A stretch of 64,000 nt of DNA from Rikenellaceae bacterium (GTDB lineage: Bacteria; Bacteroidota; Bacteroidia; Bacteroidales; Rikenellaceae): contig JAIRQC010000084.1 of the NCBI GenBank assembly GCA_031256675.1, forward strand, positions 10,083 to 74,082, written 5' to 3'. Positions 10,176 through 19,200 of the stretch are shown here, in pieces. Made by a program: the position numbers and the translations under genes. Positions within the stretch are counted from its first letter, which is position 1; every line of letters starts with the position of its first letter. Below the pieces are notes generated by a model. The model did no database searches, was not told where the DNA came from, and saw only the letters and a program-made list of their open reading frames with translations.

Positions 10176-12290
10176 TTATTCTAATTCCTTATGTTTGCCG
10201 CTCGATTTCTCGATGATCTCTTTGGCCTGCGAAGCTGTAACCTCATCATAGTGAGAGAACTCCATCGACGACGTAGCGCGTCCTGAGGAGATCGTGCGCA
10301 GCGCCGTAACGTAGCCGAACATCTCCGATAGCGGCACTTTGGCCTTGACCACGCGCGCCGTGCCCTTGCTCTCCATGCCTGCGATCTGGCCGCGACGCTT
10401 GTTCAGGTCGCTGATGATGTCGCCCATGCTCTCTTCGGGAGTAACGACCTCTACCGACATTATTGGCTCCTTGATCACCGGTTTGGCTTTCTGTGCCGCG
10501 TTGCGGTAGCCGTTGCGGGCGCAGATCTCGAACGACAGCGAGTCGGAGTCCACCGGGTGGAACGAGCCGTCGATGAGCGTCACCTTCATGCTGTCCATGC
10601 CGAAGCCTGCCAGCGGGCCGTTGGCCATGGCCGCCGCGAAGCCCTTCTCCACCGAGGGGATATATTCGCGGGGAATGTTGCCGCCCTTGACGTTGTCAAC
10701 GAACACCAGTCCGGTTGCTCCCTCCTCTGCCGGGCCGATCTCGAAGATGACGTCGGCGAACTTGCCCCTGCCGCCGGTCTGTTTCTTGAACACCTCGCGA
10801 TGCTGTACGCTGCCCGTGAGGGCCTCCTTGTAGTTGACCTGCGGCGCGCCCTGGTTGATCTCCACGCCGAACTCGCGTTTCAGTCGGTCGACGATGATCT
10901 CGAGGTGCAACTCGCCCATGCCGCTGATGACCGTCTGGCCGCTGTCGGGATCGGTCTTGACCGTAAAGGTCGGATCCTCCTCCGAGAGTTTGCCGAGCGC
11001 GATGCCCAGCTTGTCGAGATCTTTCTGCGTCTTGGGCTCGATTGCCAGACCGATGACCGGCTCGGGAAAGGTCATTGATTCGAGCACGATAGCCCCATTC
11101 TCGACGCACAGCGTGTCGCCGGTGCGTATATCCTTGAAGCCCACCACCGCGCAGATGTCGCCCGCCTCGACGAACTCGATGGGGTTCTGCTTGTTGGCGT
11201 GCATCTGGTAGAGGCGGCTGATGCGCTCCTTCTTCTCCGAGCGGCTGTTCTGCACGTAGCTGCCCCCGTCGAGGCGGCCTGAGTAGACGCGGATAAAGGC
11301 CAGGCGCCCCACGAAAGGATCGGTGGCGATCTTGAACGCCAGCGCGCAGAAAGGCTCGTCGACGGTCGGACGGCGAGTAATATCGTTGCCGTTGTGCGGG
11401 TCCATGCCCACGATCGCCTCTACGTCGAGCGGCGAGGGGAGGAATGCCATCACATAGTCGAGCAGCAACTGTACGCCCTTGTTCTTGAACGACGATCCGC
11501 ACAGCATCGGGATGATCGCCATCCGGCACGTAGCCTTGCGGATAGCCTCGATCAGTTCGTCGGCGGTGATGGAGTCGGGATCTTCAAAGAACTTCTCCAT
11601 CAGCGCGTCGTCCACCGAAGCGGCCTCCTCGATGAGTTTGGCGCGCATCTCGGCGGCCTCGGCCTGCATCTCGGCAGGAATGTCGGCGTAGGTGTAGTTG
11701 ACCAGTTCGGTCTTCTTGCCGTCGTCGTAGATGACCGCCCTGTTATATATGAGGTCTACCACCCCGACGAATTTGTCTTCTGCGCCGATAGGCAGCACGA
11801 CGGGCACCGGGTTGGCCCCCAGGCGTTCGCGAACCTGCGAGCAGACGTTCATGAAGTCGGCCCCCGTGCGATCCATCTTGTTGACGTATCCGATGCGGGG
11901 CACGTTGTACTTGTCGGCCTGACGCCACACCGTTTCCGACTGGGGCTCCACGCCGCCTACGGCGCAGAACGTAGCCACGGCGCCGTCGAGCACGCGCAAC
12001 GACCGCTCCACCTCTACCGTAAAGTCGACGTGTCCCGGGGTGTCGATGATATTGATCTGGTAGGTCTGGTCTTTGTACTTCCAGAAAGCCGTCGTTGCGG
12101 CCGATGTGATCGTGATGCCGCGCTCCTGCTCCTGCACCATCCAGTCCATCGTTGCGGCACCTTCGTGCACCTCGCCTATCTTGTGCGTCTTGCCCGTGTA
12201 GAACAGGATGCGCTCGGACGTGGTGGTCTTGCCGGCGTCAATGTGGGCCATGATGCCGATGTTGCGCGTGTATTTAAGGTCTCTTGCCAT
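10176..12290 (-). CDS. fusA: Elongation factor G
   Basis: [23 protein letters not shown]; 704 aa. Confidence 0.99.
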   Translation of the reverse strand: MARDLKYTRNIGIMAHIDAGKTTTSERILFYTGKTHKIGEVHEGAATMDWMVQEQERGITITSAATTAFWKYKDQTYQINIIDTPGHVDFTVEVERSLRVLDGAVATFCAVGGVEPQSETVWRQADKYNVPRIGYVNKMDRTGADFMNVCSQVRERLGANPVPVVLPIGAEDKFVGVVDLIYNRAVIYDDGKKTELVNYTYADIPAEMQAEAAEMRAKLIEEAASVDDALMEKFFEDPDSITADELIEAIRKATCRMAIIPMLCGSSFKNKGVQLLLDYVMAFLPSPLDVEAIVGMDPHNGNDITRRPTVDEPFCALAFKIATDPFVGRLAFIRVYSGRLDGGSYVQNSRSEKKERISRLYQMHANKQNPIEFVEAGDICAVVGFKDIRTGDTLCVENGAIVLESMTFPEPVIGLAIEPKTQKDLDKLGIALGKLSEEDPTFTVKTDPDSGQTVISGMGELHLEIIVDRLKREFGVEINQGAPQVNYKEALTGSVQHREVFKKQTGGRGKFADVIFEIGPAEEGATGLVFVDNVKGGNIPREYIPSVEKGFAAAMANGPLAGFGMDSMKVTLIDGSFHPVDSDSLSFEICARNGYRNAAQKAKPVIKEPIMSVEVVTPEESMGDIISDLNKRRGQIAGMESKGTARVVKAKVPLSEMFGYVTALRTISSGRATSSMEFSHYDEVTASQAKEIIEKSSGKHKELE

Positions 12291-12448
12291 AAGTTTTCTC
12301 TCCTCGATTAAAGCGCCGCCCCTTATGTTTTGGCGGCCCCTTTTACCTCGTAAGGCCCGTTCGGGTAGTTTTCCCTTGCTCCCCCACCCTTTTAACGCGA
12401 CCCTTTCTCTCCTTATTAAAGGCCGCCCCTTTTAACGCGGCCCCTGTT

Positions 12449-12925
12449 TTATAACCGGAAGTGGGCGAAAGCCTTGTTAGCCTCGGCCATGCGGTGAACC
12501 TCCTCCTTGCGTTTGAATGCGGCGCCCTCCTGATTGTATGCGGCGAGGATTTCGGCGGCGAGTTTTTCGGCCATCGAGCGTCCTGCGCGCTTGCGCGAGT
12601 AGAGCACCATGTTCTTCATCGAGATCGACACTTTGCGTTCGGCGCGCACTTCGGTCGGCACCTGGAATGTGGCTCCGCCGACGCGGCGCGATTTGACCTC
12701 GACCTGCGGGGTGATATTCTCCAACGCCTGTTTCCAAACGTCGAGAGGCGCCTTGTCCGCATCCTTCATCTTCTCGCCAACAATATCCAGCGCATCGTAG
12801 AATATCGTGTAGGCAATACTCTTCTTACCGTCCAGCATGAGGTTGTTGACAAACCTCGTCACAAGCACATCCGAGAACTTGGGATCCGGAAGCAGAATTC
12901 GCTTTTTAGGCTTTGCTTTTCTCAT
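12449..12925 (-). CDS. rpsG: 30S ribosomal protein S7
   Basis: [15 protein letters not shown]...[11 protein letters not shown]. Confidence 0.99.
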   Translation of the reverse strand: MRKAKPKKRILLPDPKFSDVLVTRFVNNLMLDGKKSIAYTIFYDALDIVGEKMKDADKAPLDVWKQALENITPQVEVKSRRVGGATFQVPTEVRAERKVSISMKNMVLYSRKRAGRSMAEKLAAEILAAYNQEGAAFKRKEEVHRMAEANKAFAHFRL

Positions 12926-13128
12926 TGCTTATATATATAAGGGTGTATTTTTTTTCGTTTACTTCTTTTTGCGGGGCGTTACCGCCTACCTCTTTTTGTT
13001 GCAGCATCCGCAGCAGTCCGTTTGCTGTTGTGCGTTACCGCGACCTCTCCTTTGCCGTGGCGTCCGTCCGCCTGTTCTTTAACTTTTGCGGGCGAGGCCG
13101 TTTTATCTGTGCGGGTGCGGCAGTCTGC

Positions 13129-13527
13129 CTACTTCTTCTTTGCGGGAGCTGCGCCGGCTTTGGGCCTCTTGGCGCCGTATTTCGAGCGACGCTGGCGGCG
13201 GGCCTCCACGCCGGAAGCGTCCAGCGCCCCGCGAACGAGGTGATAGCGCACGCCGGGCAGGTCCTTGACGCGACCGCCTCGTACCAGAACTATCGAGTGC
13301 TCCTGCAAGTTGTGGCCTTCGCCGGGAATGTAGGCGTTGACCTCCTTGCCGTGGGTGAGGCGAACCCTCGCCACTTTGCGCATGGCCGAATTGGGCTTTT
13401 TGGGCGTTGTGGTGTAAACGCGCACGCACACTCCCCGACGCTGCGGACAGGAGTTGAGCGCAGGCGACTTGCTTTTGAACTCCATCGCTACCCTGCCTTT
13501 ACGTACTAACTGCTGAATGGTTGGCAT
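13129..13527 (-). CDS. rpsL: 30S ribosomal protein S12
   Basis: MPTIQQLVR...[10 protein letters not shown]...GRVKDLPGV. Confidence 0.99.
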   Translation of the reverse strand: MPTIQQLVRKGRVAMEFKSKSPALNSCPQRRGVCVRVYTTTPKKPNSAMRKVARVRLTHGKEVNAYIPGEGHNLQEHSIVLVRGGRVKDLPGVRYHLVRGALDASGVEARRQRRSKYGAKRPKAGAAPAKKK

Positions 13528-13550
13528 ATTCTTATCGGTATAAAATGTTG

Positions 13551-13661
13551 TTGTTATCGTTGCGTTTCCAATGTCGTTGTCGGTTACGGCCCCAACACTG
13601 CCATCGTTGCGTTCCCGACACTGCTATCGTTGCGTTTCCAATGCTGCCATCGTTGTATTTC
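13551..13661. repeat. 23-bp tandem repeat (about 5 copies) in the rpsL 5' leader
   Basis: CTGCYATCGTTGCGTTYCC units at 13598, 13621 and 13644; related copies at 13551 and 13574. Confidence 0.85.
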
Positions 13662-13720
13662 ACTGATCCTGACCGCACTTCCACCACTTTTCAAGGGACT
13701 TTCACGCACAAAACGGACTG

Positions 13721-13750
13721 CAAAGGTAGCTAAAATTTTATTCCCGCAAA
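13721..13750 (-). promoter_or_regulatory. Bacteroidetes sigma-70 promoter of the rpsL operon
   Basis: Minus-strand TTTG (13750-13747), 18 nt gap, then TACCTTTG (13728-13721), matching the TAnnTTTG -7 box. Confidence 0.75.
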
Positions 13751-13945
13751 ATTTTGTTCGACTTTTTTTGCCACACACAGGATGATTTCAAGCCTTTTCA
13801 GCCCTTTTTGCAGCCATTTGTGATTCTTTTTTTCTATGATTTTCCCCATATTATAGTTTTTGTTTATTGCAAACCGCGCGAGACACGAGTAATATCTTTA
13901 TTATAAGGATGTTTGGTGCGCAGTGTAAAAAATACGTTTTATGAT

Positions 13946-13976
13946 TTTGCCAAAACCGGCCAAAAAACTAATTTTG
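13946..13976 (+). promoter_or_regulatory. Bacteroidetes promoter of leuS
   Basis: TTTG (13946-13949), 19 nt gap, TAATTTTG (13969-13976), 20 nt before ATG. Confidence 0.8.
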
Positions 13977-13996
13977 CAACCTGTAAACATACGACA

Positions 13997-16747
13997 ATGG
14001 AATACTATTTCAGAGAGATCGAACAGAAGTGGCGGCAGCGGTGGGCCGAAAACGGGGTCTACAAGGTCGGGGTCGATCCGGCCAGGCCGAAATTCTACGT
14101 ACTCGACATGTTCCCCTATCCGTCGGGGGCGGGGCTGCATGTGGGCCACCCGCTCGGGTATATCGCCTCGGACATCTATTCGCGCTACAAACGGCTGCGG
14201 GGCTTCAACGTGCTGCATCCGATGGGTTACGACGCTTTCGGGCTGCCTGCCGAGCAGTATGCCATCCAGACGGGGCAGCATCCGGCCGTGACGACCGAAC
14301 AGAACATCTCCCGCTATCGCGAGCAGCTCGACAAGCTGGGGTTCAGCTTCGACTGGAGCCGCGAGATACGCACCTGCGACCCGGAGTATTACAGGTGGAC
14401 GCAGTGGGCGTTCGTAAAGATGTTCAACTCCTGTTATTGCAACGACGCGCAGCAGGCGCGCCCCATCGAGGAGCTCGTCGAACATTTCGAGGCGCAGGGG
14501 ACGGAGGGGCTGAACGTCGCCTGCGGCGTGCCGGCGAGCTTCACCGCCGAAGAGTGGCGGGCGATGGACGAAGCCGCCAAAGAGGGGACGTTGCAGAACT
14601 TCCGCTTGGCCTATCGCGCCGAGACGCTGGTCAACTGGTGCCCGGGGCTGGGTACGGTGCTGGCCAACGACGAGGTTAAGGACGGCCTGTCGGTGCGCGG
14701 AGGGTTCGCCGTGGAGCAGCGGCCCATGACGCAGTGGTTTATCCGCGTGACGGCCTATGCCGAACGGCTGCTCGCCGGACTCGACAACTTGGAGTGGAGC
14801 GACTCGCTCAAAGAGATCCAGCGCAACTGGATCGGCCGCAGCGAGGGGGCGCAGATGTTTTTCGACATTGCGGGGCGCGACGAGAAGCTCGAGATCTTCA
14901 CCACGCGCCCCGACACCATTTTCGGCGTGACGTTCATGGTCGTCGCGCCCGAACACGAATATGTGCCGCTCCTTACCACGGAGCAGAACCGTGAGGCCGT
15001 TGAACAGTATCTGGAACAGACAAAGAAACGTTCCGAGCGCGAGCGCATCGCCGAGACGAAACGGATGAGCGGGGCCTTCACGGGCAGCTATGCCGTCAAC
15101 CCGCTCAACGGCAAGGAGATACCTGTATATATAAGCGATTATGTGCTTGCCGGTTACGGCACGGGGGCCATCATGGCGGTGCCGGCCCACGACAGCCGCG
15201 ACTGGGCTTTCGCCCGCCATTTCGGCATAGATATAATCCCTGTGGTCGAGGGCGGCGACATTTCCGAGGCCTCATACGACGCGAAGTCGGGGCGGATGAT
15301 CAACTCCGGCTTTATGGACGGGCTCGACGTGAAACAGGCTATAGCGGCGATGCTCGACGAGGTGGAGCGGCGCGGGCTGGGCAGGCGGCAGGTCAACTAC
15401 CGCCTGCGCGACGCTATTTTCAGCCGCCAGCGCTACTGGGGCGAACCGTTCCCCATATACTATAAGGAGGGCATGGCCCGCACGCTGCCTGAGGAGAGGC
15501 TGCCGCTGGAGCTGCCCGCCATAGACGACTTCTCCCCCACGTCGGACGGCGAGCCTCCACTGGCGCGGGCAGGCGACTGGCGTTTCGACGACTGCCTGCT
15601 CGAAACCGGCACGATGCCCGGTTTCGCCGGCTCGTCGGCCTACTATCTGCGCTATATGGACCCGCGCAACGACGGCGCGCTGGTTTCGCGCGAGGCCAAC
15701 CGCTACTGGCGCAACGTCGACCTCTACGTGGGTGGCATCGAGCATGCCACGGGCCACCTGATCTACTCGCGTTTCTGGAACAAGTTCCTGTTCGACCTGG
15801 GCGAGGTGTGCGAGGATGAGCCCTTCCGCAAACTGGTCAACCAAGGGATGATACAGGGACGGTCGAACTTTGTCTACCGCGTGGCGGGGACGAACAAATT
15901 CGTATCGTTCGGGTTGCGGGATGGCTACCGGACGCAGGAGATACACGTCGACGTGAACATCGTGAGCAACGACCGGCTCGACCTCGACGCTTTTCGCGCC
16001 TGGAGGCCCGAATTTGCCGACGCGGAGTTCATACTGGAGGATGGCAGGTATATTTGCGGCTGGGCGGTGGAGAAGATGAGCAAGTCGATGTTCAACGTGG
16101 TCAACCCCGACAGCATCGTCGAGCGTTACGGGGCCGACACGCTGCGCATGTACGAGATGTTCCTCGGCCCGCTCGAACAGTCCAAACCGTGGGACACCAA
16201 CGGCATCGACGGCGTGCACAAGTTCCTGCGCCGTCTGTGGCGGCTGTTTTTCGTGTCGGACGGGTTTGCCCTCTCCGACGAACCGGCCACCCCGGCCGAG
16301 CTCAAAACGCTGCACAAGACCATCAAAAAGATCGGCGACGACATAGAGTCCTTCTCGTTCAACACCTCGGTCAGCGCATTCATGATCTGCCTCAACGAAC
16401 TCGGGGCCTGCAACAAGCGCGCCGTTTTGAGGCCTCTGGTCGTGCTGCTGGCCCCATTCGCCCCGCATATCGCCGAGGAGCTCTGGGAACGCATGGGCGA
16501 GGACGGTTCGGTTTGCGACGCACGGTGGCCCGAGTACGACGGGCAGTACCTGGTCGAGGACAGCTTCGACTATCCCGTTTCGTTCAACGGCAAACTGCGG
16601 TTCAAACTGCCGCTGCCGCTGGGTCTGTCCGCCGCCGAGATCGAGCAGGCCGTGCGCGCCGACCCCAACACAGCCCGCTATACCGACGGGCGCGAACCCA
16701 AAAAGATCGTCGTCGTGCCGGGGAAGATAATAAATGTAGTGGTGTAA
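13997..16747 (+). CDS. leuS: Leucine--tRNA ligase
   Basis: [14 protein letters not shown] (HIGH), KMSKS, FTTRPDT; start at [12 protein letters not shown]. Confidence 0.98.
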   Translation: MEYYFREIEQKWRQRWAENGVYKVGVDPARPKFYVLDMFPYPSGAGLHVGHPLGYIASDIYSRYKRLRGFNVLHPMGYDAFGLPAEQYAIQTGQHPAVTTEQNISRYREQLDKLGFSFDWSREIRTCDPEYYRWTQWAFVKMFNSCYCNDAQQARPIEELVEHFEAQGTEGLNVACGVPASFTAEEWRAMDEAAKEGTLQNFRLAYRAETLVNWCPGLGTVLANDEVKDGLSVRGGFAVEQRPMTQWFIRVTAYAERLLAGLDNLEWSDSLKEIQRNWIGRSEGAQMFFDIAGRDEKLEIFTTRPDTIFGVTFMVVAPEHEYVPLLTTEQNREAVEQYLEQTKKRSERERIAETKRMSGAFTGSYAVNPLNGKEIPVYISDYVLAGYGTGAIMAVPAHDSRDWAFARHFGIDIIPVVEGGDISEASYDAKSGRMINSGFMDGLDVKQAIAAMLDEVERRGLGRRQVNYRLRDAIFSRQRYWGEPFPIYYKEGMARTLPEERLPLELPAIDDFSPTSDGEPPLARAGDWRFDDCLLETGTMPGFAGSSAYYLRYMDPRNDGALVSREANRYWRNVDLYVGGIEHATGHLIYSRFWNKFLFDLGEVCEDEPFRKLVNQGMIQGRSNFVYRVAGTNKFVSFGLRDGYRTQEIHVDVNIVSNDRLDLDAFRAWRPEFADAEFILEDGRYICGWAVEKMSKSMFNVVNPDSIVERYGADTLRMYEMFLGPLEQSKPWDTNGIDGVHKFLRRLWRLFFVSDGFALSDEPATPAELKTLHKTIKKIGDDIESFSFNTSVSAFMICLNELGACNKRAVLRPLVVLLAPFAPHIAEELWERMGEDGSVCDARWPEYDGQYLVEDSFDYPVSFNGKLRFKLPLPLGLSAAEIEQAVRADPNTARYTDGREPKKIVVVPGKIINVVV

Positions 16748-16752
16748 TTATT

Positions 16753-16791
16753 TTTCCACAAAAAAAGGGGTGCCCCCTTTTTTTGTGGAAA
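16753..16791 (+). terminator. Perfect 18-bp inverted repeat after leuS (terminator-like)
   Basis: TTTCCACAAAAAAAGGGG-tgc-CCCCTTTTTTTGTGGAAA followed by T-rich sequence. Confidence 0.7.
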
Positions 16792-16847
16792 TTTATTTTT
16801 TTATCTTTATACAAGATTGTATTACTAACCTCAAAACTTAAAAAAGC

Positions 16848-17468
16848 ATGAAGAAAATTATCGTTTTAATTGCCTGTGTTGCAGCGACCGGCGTCGCTTC
16901 GGCGCAATCAGGGTTTTCGTTCGGGGTGAAGGGCGGCGTCAATATCGCCTCCATGGTCGGCGCAGGTACGGATGAGGCGCGCAGTAAACCGGGCCCCTAT
17001 CTGGGCGGAATGATCGAGTACGACTGTTGCCGCGAACTCGGTATCCAGGCCGAGGTACTCTATTCGCGGCAGGGTATGTGGGCTGCGGAGACGGATGGCA
17101 GTTTTGCTATCAGCGCATCGCTTGACAACCATTATGTCGTCGTGCCGCTGCTAATGAAGGTCCGCGTGCTCCCAAACCTTAGCGTCGACTTCGGCCCGCA
17201 GTTCGGCCTGCTCCTCGCCGCAAAGGCAAGGTCGACGCAGCAGGACTATTACTACGGCGACCAGATTACGGATAGCACAACAGACGCGCACGACAAAATG
17301 TGCCGCACAGAGCTCTCCCTGCCTATGGGCGCAACATACAAAATAGGCTCCACAGGCCTGCAAGTCGGCGCGCGTTATGTGATGGGGCTGACAAACATCA
17401 CGAAAAAATAGACCATGTCGAAGATAAGGAACAGCGTCGTACAGATAGGGCTCGGCTACATGTTCTGA
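16848..17468 (+). pseudogene. PorT-like outer-membrane beta-barrel gene with an internal in-frame TAG (17409-17411)
   Basis: Signal peptide, FGVKGGVN, QAEVLYSRQG and GPQFGLLL motifs; the same frame continues after TAG as TMSKIRNSVVQIGLGYMF-TGA, a typical last beta-strand ending in Phe. Confidence 0.75.
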
Positions 17469-17479
17469 CACGGCAACTC

Positions 17480-17525
17480 AAAGACAATGAGAGCTTCCCT
17501 CGGGAAAGCTCTCATTGTCTTTTTA
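17480..17525. terminator. Intrinsic terminator between the convergent OMP and permease genes
   Basis: AAAGACAATGAGAGCTT / AAGCTCTCATTGTCTTT 17-bp arms with a T tract. Confidence 0.8.
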
Positions 17526-17750
17526 TAGCATACGCCATAACGTTGCCGCCGCTGAAAGGCGCGTCGGGGCGGCGGCGGGCTGCTGCGGCTTGCTGCTGGT
17601 TGCGGCGGACGGGCGGACGGCTGTGAACTGCCGACATAACGGCAGCGAGATATTGCGGGTTGCCGGCCTCACGATTGCAGGCGGCGTCACGGCGACGGGC
17701 GGCCGGCCTCACGATTGCGGGCGACCTGCCTCCCTGAGGCCGGCAGTTTT

Positions 17751-19001
17751 TCAGTCCCCTGCCCTCTCGATACCCTTTGCAGGGTCGTGCCGGTAGCGGA
17801 ACAGCAGCAGGAACCCCACCCCGATCACCAGGGCATAGGCGGCGAAGATCATCCAGACGATAGTCCAGTCGGTCTGCCCGTCGACGGTATAGGACTTGAC
17901 CACCGCCCCCGCGCCGTAGGAGCCCATGACGGCTCCCAACCCATTGGACATCAACATGAACAACCCCTGCGCGCTGGAACGTATGCGCCCGTCGACCGAC
18001 TGGTTGACGAACAGGCTGCCCGAGATGTTGAAAAAGTCGAAAGCCATGCCGTAAACCACCATCGAGACGACGAGCATCCACAGCCCGTCGCCCGGATTGC
18101 CGAGGCCGAAGAGCCCGAAGCGGATTACCCACGCGAACATGCTCATCAGCATCACCGTCTTGATGCCGAAGCGTTTGAGGAAGAACGGTATGGTCAGTAT
18201 AAAGGCCGTCTCGGCGATCTGCGAGATGGAGAGCAGCACCACCGAGTGTTTCACCCCGAACGAGGCGGCATACTGCGGGTCGGCGGCAAAACTGGTCAGG
18301 AAAAGGTCGCCGAAGCCGTTGGTGATCTGCAACGCCGCGCCCAGCAGCATGGCGAAGATGAAGAAAACGGCCATCTCTTTCTTGCGGAACAGCGTGAAGG
18401 CGCTAAGCCCCAGCGCGTCGACCAGCGTTTTTTTCTCCCCGCCGCGGTTGACCGGCTGGTTGGGCAGCGAGAACGAGTAGAGCCCCAGAACGACCGACGC
18501 GGCGGCGGCGAACAGGAACTGCGTCTCGTTGTACTTGAAGCCGGTCAGGTCGACCACCCACATCGCCACGATAAAACCGATAGTCCCCCACACGCGCACG
18601 GGCGAGAAATCCTTGACCACATCCTTGCCGTTCTGTTCCAGAATGCCGAACATCACCGAGTTATGCAGCGCGATGGTGGGCATGTAGACGATCACGTACA
18701 GGAACATCAGCGAGTAGAGCCCCACGTAATCGCCCTGCGTCGAGGCCCACACCAGCAGCCCCGCCCCCACGATATGGCAGACGCCGAGGAGTTTCTGCGC
18801 CGGTATCCATTTGTCGGCCACAACGCCCAGCAGCGCAGGCATGAAGATCGAGGCGACGCCCATCGTGGCAAAAAAGCTGCCGATCTGAACGCCGTCGAAG
18901 TGGAGCGTATTGCCGGCATAGCTGCCGAGCGAGATGAGCCACGCCCCCCAGATGAAAAATTCCAGAAAACTCAGCGTCGAAAGTCTGAATTTAAGTCCCA
19001 T
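17751..19001 (-). CDS. MFS nucleoside:H+ symporter family permease (NupG/XapB-like)
   Basis: FLEFFIWGAW, RVWGTIGFI, SISQIAET, FDFFNISGSLFV; many hydrophobic segments. Confidence 0.9.
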   Translation of the reverse strand: MGLKFRLSTLSFLEFFIWGAWLISLGSYAGNTLHFDGVQIGSFFATMGVASIFMPALLGVVADKWIPAQKLLGVCHIVGAGLLVWASTQGDYVGLYSLMFLYVIVYMPTIALHNSVMFGILEQNGKDVVKDFSPVRVWGTIGFIVAMWVVDLTGFKYNETQFLFAAAASVVLGLYSFSLPNQPVNRGGEKKTLVDALGLSAFTLFRKKEMAVFFIFAMLLGAALQITNGFGDLFLTSFAADPQYAASFGVKHSVVLLSISQIAETAFILTIPFFLKRFGIKTVMLMSMFAWVIRFGLFGLGNPGDGLWMLVVSMVVYGMAFDFFNISGSLFVNQSVDGRIRSSAQGLFMLMSNGLGAVMGSYGAGAVVKSYTVDGQTDWTIVWMIFAAYALVIGVGFLLLFRYRHDPAKGIERAGD

Positions 19002-19200
19002 CGCGATAAAAATTTTTCACTAAGGTAGAAACTTTTTGCGACATGCGCCCAAAATCTGCAAAAAAATTTTCGGCGACGGGCGGAACAGTCCCCAAAATCC
19101 GCTATTACTACGTCCTCGCCGCGCAACCGGCAACATTTCCACGAAAGATCCGCCGAAAGATCCGCAGGCAGAGGGCAGCGAACCGCACACGGGATAAAGC

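Noticed and set aside
13551-13661. CRISPR array
   Set aside because: Units are contiguous and degenerate, with no unique spacers and no cas genes. The same applies to the other spacer arrays.
629-17468. Genome-wide TAG reassignment suggested by the OMP amber codon
   Set aside because: rplF, rpsS, rplB and rpsL end at TAG at their expected C-termini, and no other internal TAG was noticed.
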